Shown here piece after piece: positions 1 through 11,583 of a stretch of DNA of 64,000 nt. The notes under the pieces are model-generated. The model searched no databases. It was not told where the DNA came from and saw only the letters and a list, made by a program, of their open reading frames with translations. The DNA comes from Octopus vulgaris (lineage: Eukaryota): the NCBI GenBank assembly GCA_951406725.2, contig OX597826.1, positions 79,236,001 through 79,300,000 of the forward strand. Direction: 5' to 3'. The position numbers and the translations under genes are program-made. Every line of letters starts with the position of its first letter. Position 1 is the stretch's first letter.

Positions 1-189
1 ATTGTTATAGCGCTTTCATCATTTTAAAACTTTTCCTTTCGTATTTCAGCTTTGTGTGGTATGCTTCTTGCAAGAGAAGTGATTTCAACGGAAAAGTAAA
101 GTTTGTCTTTCTATCAGAGATACTTAACTCTTGTTGTTTAACCCCAGGTCAAACAAAAGATATTGCAACCATCTCATCTTATTCTCTTG

Positions 190-960
190 GCTTTCTTGAG
201 AAAATTATGTAGTTTGTAAGCTATTTGTTGTTTAATTTCGGCAATTTCAACCAATCAATGACGTCTACTGAGGTGAATACAATTTCTGCGGTTCTTTGTC
301 AACAACAATTATTTGCGGTATCATATCAGTTTATTATGGCTAAAGAAAGAAATAGCAAAAAATATTTGAAAGTTGGGGTGGGGGTGAAATTTTCGAGCAC
401 TCCACCTCACCCCGTTTTCCAGACCCCAAAAGGGGTTTTGTAGTATATTAGGAGGTCACCGGAATTCAGTCAACGAAAAAGAAAAATTTCCAATGATTCC
501 AGGAAATGACGAGGGAGAGGGGTCCGGTTTCCCACCTACCCCTTTTTTCCCCGAACAAAAATAAGGGGTTTGCAGCATATTATGAGGTCAGGGTACTTGA
601 TTCCATGCAAAAAAAAGATTTTTTTATTTATTTTGCTTAGTGAAAATCGTGCTGGGGGAAAAGATCAATGGGGGTGGGGTGAAATTTCCGAGGATTCCCC
701 CTCAACCCACACAGTTTTCCGGACCCAAAAATGAGTTTTGTAACATATGCTGTCACCAGAATTCATTCAACAAAAAAAAAAAAATTCCAATGATTCCGGA
801 ATATGGGATCTGCTGCCCCTCGTTTTTTTTTTCCGAACAAAAAATGAGTTTGCAGCATATTAAGAGGTCAGGGTACTTGATTCCAAGCTAAAAATCCGAG
901 TTTTTTTTGGGTTTTTTTCTTAGAGAAAATCGTGCGGGTCAAAGGATCAAAATTTACCCA
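190..960. mobile_element. Degenerate dispersed repeat (probable DNA-transposon relic) with internal ~300-bp duplication
   Basis: 190-310 is the reverse complement of 39060-39190 and similar to 41030-41130; 370-670 is repeated at 670-950. Confidence 0.5.
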
Positions 961-1870
961 TTTTTATTTCTTAGAGTGTGGCATAATATAAAGAGGACGG
1001 TCAACTGACAAAACCACAGAAATGTCGATATGTATTTCAGCATTTTGCGCTCTGAATTCAAATGTTGTCGAGTTCATTCTTCGGTACTTGATTAAATAAA
1101 GTACTTGTCGAGACTGAGGGCCCTCTCTCTCTCTCTCTCCATCCGTTTTTTCACACTGTATATAAGAAGCGAGTTTGTACCCTAAATGTCCCTTGTCTGT
1201 CCTTGTAATGTCCCCTTTGTGTGAACCTTTTATAGGTTAATAAAGAAATATCTCTTTCTCTCTAAAGCAAAGTCTCCAGTGTGAGTATGTGGTTTGTGGG
1301 GTCAACCGCGTCCTCTGCTTCATTTTTTGTTAATCACTCATTCTCATTTAATTGTATATATTTTAATTGTTTGTTTATTCATACGTTTCGTCTCATTCGA
1401 TACACTGACCCCAATGTTTGTTTTGTCTGTCCCCGTATCGTCCCCTCTTTTTCTCAACCTTATGGTGAATAAAGAAATTCTCTCTCTCTCTCTCTATCAG
1501 AATTGAATGCATTTCTCTGGGAAAAGGACCTTAAGAACCGTATTCCTTTATCCCATTGGAAGAGTGTGATTGCCGGGGCTTTAGCAGAGTCTGGCGTATG
1601 AGGATATTATCTGATTGCTGACACAATTTCGCCGCCTTTCTTTTGTGTTAGTAACGCCTGATCTTCTCTTATCGTTTGAACTTTGACATAATTTACAGGG
1701 GATTTATTTAAACAGGGCAACAAAACACCGCCGACACCGGTTTGTGATTAGCTTAAACAAATATCGATGTTTACATCGAGGAGTTGAGAGATCCTAAAGC
1801 ACCGACCGTTGGCTCTGATCTGGGACAGGACACCAACAGCAAGTGCTTCCAGCGGTTTGACCATATCAAG

Positions 1871-1984
1871 ATGGATCAGTACTTCAGTGGTTACCACCTG
1901 TTGACATTGGGGCTGTCCACACTCGCCTTTGGTTCTCTGTTCGGCCTGAAGCGGTTGGGGTTGCTTTATCAATGGAGACATAAG
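1871..1984 (+). CDS. ILVBL: ILVBL exon 1 (MDQYFSG...YQWRHK), membrane-anchor segment
   Basis: ATG at 1871, hydrophobic stretch, donor AAG|GTATGA. Confidence 0.85.
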
Positions 1985-4900
1985 GTATGATATTCGTGTT
2001 TGTTTTCTCATTTGTTTGGCTTCTCCATGGTCTCACACAAAGGTCCTGAAAGATTGACAGCTAGCGAGATAGATAGATCGATCGATCGATAGATAGATTG
2101 ATAAATAGATCGATCGATAGATAGACAGACAGATAAAGAGAAAACTATGAATTCTGCTCTACAGTACACGAGATATTTCATAATGCCGATGTTTCACAGC
2201 TTCTCATAGCCAACACAACTGTCCATAGTTATTAGAAGTAGAGAAATTGGTTGCGGAAGTGAGATGAACAAAGATTAATTTAGAATGCTAAAAACAAGGA
2301 CACAATGAAATATGGGCGTTGAATTGACATAACCGTAATTGGGTCGGACAAAAGGCCGACAGCAGTTAGCTATGGTCGATTTGTTATTTCTAAAAACCAT
2401 CTTCAATGTGAATGGATAATAGAAGATGAATTGACCAAATCCGAGTTGGTGATGGGCGGGTACGTGGAGGGGAGTAACACTTTTTAAAAAAATAAATATG
2501 TAAATGCTTTATTTTTCAGCAGTTAATTATAAAACTGCTTAAAGAACTCACAATTTACAAAAGTAAATTAACATTAACAATAAAAACGAGTAAAAACTAT
2601 AAATATAATAAAGTCTATAAATTAAAAAAAAGTAATTCGTGTACACTCCCTCAATTATACATTATATTAATTCTTTTGTTGGAATATAATACGTATGTAT
2701 GTGATACATATATAATGCGAAGCCACATTAGTAATACAAACCTGAAACCAGGAGAAAAAACCCCAAGCACTCATGGGGCAATAGATAAACCCCAAGCACT
2801 CATGGGGCAATAGATAAACCCCAAGCACTCATAACAATACTGAGTGAATCACGAGATTAAAGTCTCTTATGAGCATCACTAATACTCAGGAAAAAGAATA
2901 TACGTGGCTGTGTGGTGAGAAGTTTGCTTGCCAATCACATGGTTCCGGGTTCAGTCCCACTGCGTAGCACCTTTGGCAAGTGTCTTCTACTAGGGCCTTG
3001 GACCAACCAAAGCCTTGTGGGTGGATTTGGTAGATGGAAACTGAAAGAAGCCATCGTATGTATGGGTGTACTCCCACCACTGGCAATCAGGATTAGTGTT
3101 TTGGTAAAAGAGAACGCGAGAATAAATACCAGGTTTTAAAAAAAGAAATACTGGGGTTGATTTCTTTGGCTAAAAAAAGTCACCAAGTTGATGCTCCAGC
3201 ATGGCTACAATCTAATGACTGAAATAAGATAAAAGATAATTAATTGCATCATTAATATACCCAGTATATTTCAGTTTTAATTGTGAATCCACATAGGAAC
3301 CCACAAATCAAATGTGAATCATTTTTATTTGATACTTCACCTGTCCTCCTCATTCACCTCTATGTCTCACTCTTACGCATTACAACTCATAGACATGCTT
3401 CATAACTATCATCCATTTATATTCCGTGCCAGCCCCGACAGAGCAAACATAAGACCAAAGGCTATCTCATCTTTTATTCAGACATAGTATATCTAAGACA
3501 ACTACGGCCAATGTGATTTGAGGGAGACTTAGCTACTGTTTTAAACTAGTTGAGTAACCATGTAGAGGTTTATACTTTGGCTCATGAAACCCTTGTTGCC
3601 AACAGAGATAACAAAAACCTGAACTACTACTTTGCTCACCTTTGCTATTAATCTTTTATTATGGCCTCTTCAAGCATTAATCAGGTTATCTAATGATCAG
3701 AAATGAATCACTACTTCTAGCAACCCATACATGCAACATTATGAAGAAGTGGAGTTGAGCACCAACTCTATGGATTCCCAGGTGACACTAAGAAGCTAAA
3801 ATTAGTAACTATTTACCGCTTACTGACAGTAACAATGTTTAACCCTTTTGTTACTGTATTTCTATTGAGATGCTCTGTGTTTCTTTCAATTAATTTTAAA
3901 TACAACAAAGAATTTAATAAAAATAACTTAATTATCTTTAAGCTGGTGTTAGGAACATAAATTGTGACTAAGGTTTGGTGGAAGATTTTGATTCAAAACT
4001 TATGAAAACAAGACATTTGTACTTCTGAGCCAGGGGTGGTTTCAGTCGGGCTGGAAATGAAAGGGTTAAAGAATTTAGGTGAATAGACTTTACTCTCTCA
4101 GTTCTGCTTATCAGTTAATCCTTTTGGGTTTTCTTTAACACTGTTCCTTCTCAGTACAAGTGTCCTCATAGAAAGTGCTTTTTTTTCTGTTCACTCTCTC
4201 TCTCTCTCTCTCTCTCCTCTTCTTTTTTTTTATTTCTCTCTGTTCACTATGTAAAGAAAATCAAAACACTTGGTTCAAATAGTCTCAATATAAATAATAT
4301 ATAAAGGGCTTCCACAAATAGACTTAACCCTTTTGTTACTGTATTTATTTTGAGATGCTCTATGTTTCTTTCAATTACTTTGAAATATAACAAATAATTT
4401 AGTAAAAATAACTTAATTAACATTAAGCTGGTGTTAGAAATATAAATTCTGACTAAGGTTTGGTGGAAGATTTTAATTCAGAACTTATGAAAGCAAGACA
4501 ATTGTACTACAGAGCCAGAAGAGGTTTCAGCCAGGTTAGTATTGAAAGGGTAAGGGCAGCGAGCTGGCAGAAACGTTAGCACACCGGGCGAGATGCTTAG
4601 TGATATTTCGTCTGCCGCTACATTCTGAGTTCAAATTCCGCCGAGGTCAACTTTGCCTTTCATCCTTTCGGGGTCGATTAAATATGTACCAGTTATGCAC
4701 TGGGAGTCGATGTAATCGACTTAATCCGTTTGTCCCCTCAGTGTTTAGCCCCTTGTGGGTAGTAAAGAAATAGCTATTTCGTCTGCCGCTACATTCTAAG
4801 TTCAAATTCCGCTGAGGTCGGCCTTGCCTTTCATCCTTTCGGGGTCGATTAAATAAGTACCAGTTATGCACTGGGGTCGATGTAATTGACTTAATCCGTT

Positions 4901-7900
4901 TGTCTGTCCTTCTTTGTCCCCTCTGTGTTTAGCCCCTTTTGGTTAATAAAGAAATAGGTATTTCGTCTGCTGTTACGTTCTGAGTTCAAATTCCGCCGAG
5001 GTCAACTTTGCCTTTCATCCTTTCGGTTGGTCGATTAAATAAGTACCAGTTACGCACTGGGGTCGATATAATCGACTTAATCCGTTTGTCTGTCTTTGTT
5101 TGTCCTCTCTGCGTTTATCCCCTTGTGGGTAGTAAAGAAATAGGTATTGAAAGGGTAAATCTTTTTCTCTTTCACTTAACATTGTTTATATCCTCGTGTT
5201 GGCATGAGTTAAACAGGTGGACAGGATCCGGTGAGTCAGAGCATATGTAATGCTCCAACGTCTGCTTTGGCAAGATTTTGTATGGCCGGATGCTGGTGGC
5301 ACGTAAAAATCATTGCCAGCGTCACCTTACTGACACATGAAAAAACAACATTCGAGTGTGGTCGTTGCCAGTGCTGCTGGACTGGTTCCCGTGCATGCAG
5401 CACGTAAAAAATACCTTTTGAGTGTGGTTGTTGCCAGAACCACCCGACTGGCCCTCGTGCCGGTGGCACGTAAAAACACCCACTACACTCTCAGAGTGAT
5501 TGGCCATGGGAAGGGCATCCAGCTGTAGAAACCTTGCCAGATTAGATTGGAGCCTGGTGCAGCCACTGGCTCTCCAGACCTCAGTCAAACCGTCCAACCC
5601 ATGCCAGCATGGAAAATGGACATTTAACGATGATGATGATGGTGTAATTGTGTAACTTTCAGCACATAACTCCTTAACTGAGACAGTTTACTGTTGAGTA
5701 AGGTGGCTTTATGTCAGGTGATGAGAGGTTAATTTCTGACGGAGAGACAGAAACCAGTGTCTTGCAGTCGAGGAAATAAATGGTTACCCCTGCTAGAAAA
5801 GGTGGGAAGATGGTGAGGAGGTGTCAGGGCATACCCTCAAGTGACAGGAAGGGGATCATAAGAGATGTGGCTCATAGGATTGGACAGGGTGATTGGGTCA
5901 GTAAGTTATTAAGAGTGTGAAAGGAGAGTACCAGCTGGATAGAGATGGGGTTAGAGGTGGATGTCATGGATGCTGGACATGAGTGGAGATGTGGTCAGTG
6001 GTGAATTCCAGTATGGAGGGGGAAAGGTGGAGGAAATAAGATTGAGTCAGACATGTGGCAGCACTGGTGATGTGGAGAGTGTGTGAGAGATGCACAGCGC
6101 TAGGGACGAGGTCAGAGGTACATCATCATCATCATCATTTGACGTCCGTTTTCCATGCTGGTATGGGTTGGACAGGAGCTGGCAAGGCTGGAGAGCTGCA
6201 CCAGGCTCCTGTCATCTGTTTTGGTCTTGGTTTCTACAGCTGGATGCCCATCCTAACACCATCCACTTTATAGAGTGCTCCACTGGGTACTCTTTCATGT
6301 GGCACTGGCACAAGAGCCTTATTACATGGCATCGGCACGGGTGCTTTTATGGAGCACTAGAATGGGTGCTTTTAACATGGTATCCGCACAGGTGCTTTTT
6401 ATATGGTGTCAGCACAGGTGCTTGATGAACTTAAGTGGTCGCAGCTACCATTGGCAGAATAAGGATGTACAGGGAAAGAGTTGTGGTGAGAGGAGCTTTC
6501 AGTGGAAAGTACGATGGTTAGAGATGATACTTAGAATGTGAAAGACAAAATAAGTGGTTCCAGGGAGGGTGAGTGGGAGCCCTAAAAAGATGGGGGATGA
6601 AATATGTTCAGTTCTACTCTTGTATATTTACAGCAGCTGAATGAATTGTGCCATAGACAGAAGAGTGATGGAGGGATGGGTGTTAAGTAAATAAGTTATT
6701 GGGAAGAAATACTTCGGGGAGAGATTGGGTGCAAGGATATAGACATAACCATATTTGTTTGTTTGTTTGTTTGTGTGTATTAATGATTAAATGAGTTCAT
6801 ACGTTTTGAAAAACTTTTTCTCCACTCAGTGTTTTCATATTCCAGGTTGATTCCAAGATTAAAAAGAATGGTGGAGATTTAGTGGCAGAAACTCTAAAGG
6901 TAAGCCATTACGACATATGTTTTAATTCATTTTGATATCAGCCCACCTGAGACTGCTTCAGGTGCGATGAAGCAAAACTACTTGTTTTGGAGTTTTCACT
7001 TCAATTAAAACATTTCACTAAGTTGTTATATTAGAACCTTTCCTCTGTTGTTACGTTCCAAACCCCAATTTATATTGTGATTAAAAGGGTAAGACCCCAC
7101 CCTTCGGTCATGAATGACCTTGGGGTTTCATCTAGAAAGTTCCTCTCCAAGGCTCAAGTTCAGGCAAAGTTGTTTTTAAAAGACCATCAGTCAACCGTGC
7201 ACACCGGCCTTCCTTCTCCACACCATTATGTGTACATAGGGTAAAGAGTAAAGACCCCTTTCATTCATGAATGACCATAGGATTGCACCTAGAAAGTTCC
7301 CCTCCAAGGCACAAGTCTGGGCCAGGTTGTTTATGGAAGACTAGAAGTCACCTATGCATACCAACCTCCCCTCTTCACGCCACCAATGTTATCCAAGGGA
7401 AAGGCAAAGGGGCCGATACAGCTTGGCACCAGTGATGTCTCAACTCATTTCTACAGCTGAGTTAACTGGAGCAATGGGAAATAAAGTGTCTTGCTCAAGA
7501 ACACAACACACAGCCCAGCTGTAGAAACAAGAGTGGTTGGCGTTAGGAAGGGCATCCAGCTGTAGAAACACTGCCAGATCAGACTGGAGCCAGGTGCAGC
7601 CTCCTGGCTTCCCAGACCCCGGTTGGACGTTAAACGATGATGATGATGATTTGGAGCATATTTGAACTTGTAAAGGCTTTTTCACTGCAATTTACCATAG
7701 AGAACAAGTTCTCATTTCGGGCAAAAAAAGGGGCTAAGAACACAATAGTCAACTGAGAACAACTTCTGTGGACCGGTAGAAGTATTTCTAGCTTCTTGGC
7801 TGTCTTCGGTTACCAGATACCAAGAACTGACTGGAAAGCTTGGCCTAAAGCAAAACTTTTTTTCTCCGCAACAAACTGCAGTGAAAAAGTCTTTACAAGT

Positions 7901-10900
7901 TGAAATATGTTCCAAATATATTCAAACTGATCTGAATTCTGTTTATTTTCCATCACTACTTTGCATCACTAATTACATATTATTTTAAACTCATTTAAAT
8001 TTAGGATTGTTTTCAAGATTAAGCACATAATGAGTGTATTTCATTAGGAATATTCTAATAGGGTTGACGAATTAAAAAGAAATTTTCTTTAAACATTGAA
8101 GCGTAGTTGTGTGGTTGAGAAGCTTGCTTTGCAATCAGAATGTTTTGGTTTCAATCCCACTGCGTGACACCTTGGGCAAGTGTCTTCACTTCAGTAGCCC
8201 CAGGCCAGTGAATGCCTTGCGGATGAATTTGGTTTATGGGAACTAGGTAGGAGTCCTTTGTGTTTGTGTTTATTCAACCCCCACCACCACTCAGAGCTGT
8301 GGAGTCAAAACAGAAAACTTTGACTCCGTACTCCTCGACTATTGACTCCTCCGACTCTGACTCCTCTTTATGTAATTAAGTGATTGTGGTCTACATATCT
8401 CGTAAAGCATATGCATATGCTTGTACTTTGGGTAGGTCCTTATGTTATAACTGGTTTATATTAAAGAATAAAGACATTGAGAGTTGGAGTCGGTATAGTT
8501 TTACCGACTCCAGCTACGCCTTAATTGCTTCCAACTCCATGACTCCGACTCCACATCCCTGCCACCACTTCACCACATCTGGTGTTGGTTTGTTTATATT
8601 CCTGTAACTTAGCAGTTCAGCTAAAGAGACCAGCGCAATAAATAACAAACTTCAAAAGGAAATAAGTCCTGGGACTGATTTGTTCCACTAAAAGCTTTCC
8701 ATGTTTACTCGTATCATTGATTAATCTGATTCTAATTTTTGTCTTCTAGGCTCATGGTGTCAAGAACATATTCACCTTAGTTGGTGGTCATATATCCCCA
8801 ATCCTGGTTGCCTGTGAAAGACTTGGTATTAGAGTTGTTGACACACGACACGAAGTAGGTTTCTTGTTATTCATTTTTTAAAAAAATTGTTTTTCATTAC
8901 TACTCCATTATTTCATTGTTGTTGTTGTTTGTTGTTGTTGTTTAACCCCTGGTCAGCTCTGAACATTGCAGACTTACGACCAAAGTATCCCAGCTGTGAA
9001 AATCATGTCCTTACAGTAGATACATAAATCCAAAGAAAAGTTCATACAAAAATACGTACACACAACAAATATTGGATGTCAATTTCACTTTTCATTACCA
9101 CACGAGGATAAAATTACCTCACAAATGGCTGAGTGGGCCAGTCAGTTAGATCAACCCCAATACACAACTAATACTTAACTTATCGACCCCGAAAGGACGA
9201 AAGTCAAAGTCGATCTCAGCAGAATTTGAACTCAGAACATAAAGACAGACTGTCATAATATACAAACATTTCTCATGGCACCAGTACACTGTTTTCAGAT
9301 GCTTACATTTCTTATGTTTTCCGTGAATTTTTCATGGGTCCAGTTAGTTATTGTTATTATTATTATTATTATTTTAGTTTCTTTGTCAAAGTTCTTTCAT
9401 CACACATCCTGTGACATCCTCAGTGACCCTTTATTCCACGTATTTCCTCCTGTTCTGAGAACGAGAGGTAAAAGAGTCAGTGAAAAGGTCACAGGATGTG
9501 TGATGAAAGAGCTTTGAATAATAATAGCAATAACAAAGCTGAAGTGAAGGTCCAATGTTTAGTGTGTGTGTTTGATTGGCAAAATATGACCATTTCCACG
9601 TATGACAAAATGAAAATATGTTTGCGAAAATATGGCACCTGAAGATAATCACAGACTGAGATACATGGCATAAAAAAAATAAAATATAAATCAAGTATCT
9701 AGAATTATTAAATTTTGAGCATTCTAATGTTTTAGTGAATCCCCTGTAACTTACCATTTTTGTATTGTGAACATCTTTAGTCTCACATCATTTTATTTTC
9801 TTCTCATTGTAATAAACTTATTAGGTTACCAGTGTTTTTGCAGCTGATGCTGTTGCTAGAATGTCTGGGACAATTGGTGTGGCTGCTGTCACTGCAGGAC
9901 CAGGTACCTCTCCTTTTTCTTCATTTCCATGTTTTCTTTTCTTTTCTTTATCTTTATCTAAACCTAATTTAGATATACTTGATGCAGGTGTTAAAAGTTT
10001 CATGTTCCAAAGTGAATGTGCGATTTAATTTTGTTGCTAAGTTCCACATCTCTTTCCTTTCTCTTACTAAATTCTAAATGTCCTTACCATGTAAATGGTC
10101 CATTTTTAAAAAGAACAATCACAGATGATGAAAAACGGATGTGAAAAAAAATGGAGCGAGAAAGGTTCTGGAGAAAACTATGAACCACTTTTAATCACTC
10201 TAAAAACCAGTCAGTTTTCGAAGAAGGTGAGGATTTGTACCTGTTGAGATTTGAAGGGCATTGTGTATAATGCACTCCCTAATCCTTCTTCCTAATCAGA
10301 CATTGAATTCTTGCATTTACCACAATTATATTGATTAAAGGAAGCATTTGATGAAAATCATCCAGAATTGGCCAATAGGAAGAGTGTTGTCTTCCTTCAG
10401 GACAATGTGTAAGCCTCCTGCAGACCCAACACAAATTGGTTCAGCTCAGTGGAGATATCCTACCATTCCCAATATGCTTCCCTGATCTTGCACTTTTGGA
10501 TGACCATTTATTTCGATCTTTGCGAAATTCTCTTAATGAGAAGAAGCTTAATTCTTTGGAAGAATGAATTTCTGTACACATCTTATCTGTCGACATTATT
10601 TTTCATTTCTCTAGGTGTCACTAACACTGTGACTGCTGTCAAGAACGCTCAGATGGCAGAATCTCCAGTTTTGCTCATAGGTGGCGCTGCAGCAACATTG
10701 CTCAAGGTAACTTTTGCTACATGCTACTACTTTCTTTATAGATTATAGTTGTTGTTGTTACTGCTATTGTTACGACACCAAAAGGTGGCGAGCTGGCAGA
10801 ATCGTTAGCATGCCGGGTGAAATGCTTAACGGTATTTCGTCTGCCGTTATGTTCTGAGTTCAAATTCTGCCGAGGTTGACTTTGCCTTTCATCCCCTCGG

Positions 10901-11546
10901 AGTCGATAAAACAAGTACCAGTTGAGTACTCCAAAATTGCTGGCCTTGTACCGAAATTTGAAACCATTCTTAGGGTAGCAAGCTGGCAGAATCATGAGTA
11001 GGCCAGGTAAAATGCTTAGCAGCATTTCTTCTTTCCAGGGTCAATAAAATAAGTACCAGTTGAATGCTGAGGGTTGATGTAATTGTCTACTTCCCTTCTC
11101 CAAAATTTCAGTTCCTTGTGCCTAGAGCAGAAAGAACTGTCATTCTTTTTTATTATCTGAGTTCACCTATGAGCAAAGGCATTCCAGATATATGTTACAT
11201 ATAGAACTACACACACACACATATATGTATATCACCGTCAACGTGACTGACCAGGCTATCAGATGTTGCTACACATCGCTGGTCACAATGCGCTTTGCAC
11301 TGTTTTAGCCTTCAAACGATGCCACCCCGCTGGCTAAGCGAGCAGGCCAACAGAAGAAAGAGTGAGAGGAAGTTGTGGTGAAAGAGTACAGCAGGGATCG
11401 CCACCACCCCCTGCCGGAGCCTCGTGGAGGTTTTAGGTGTTTTCACTCAATAAAAACTCACAACGCCCGGTCTGGGAATCGAAACCACGATCCTACAACC
11501 GCGAGTCCGCTGCCCTAACCACTGGGCCATTGCGCCTCCATATATG

Positions 11547-11583
<37 letters not shown>

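Noticed and set aside
2758-2832. 29-bp tandem repeat (AAACCCCAAGCACTCATGGGGCAATAGAT x2.5)
   Set aside because: Short local duplication in intron 1 with no further support for function
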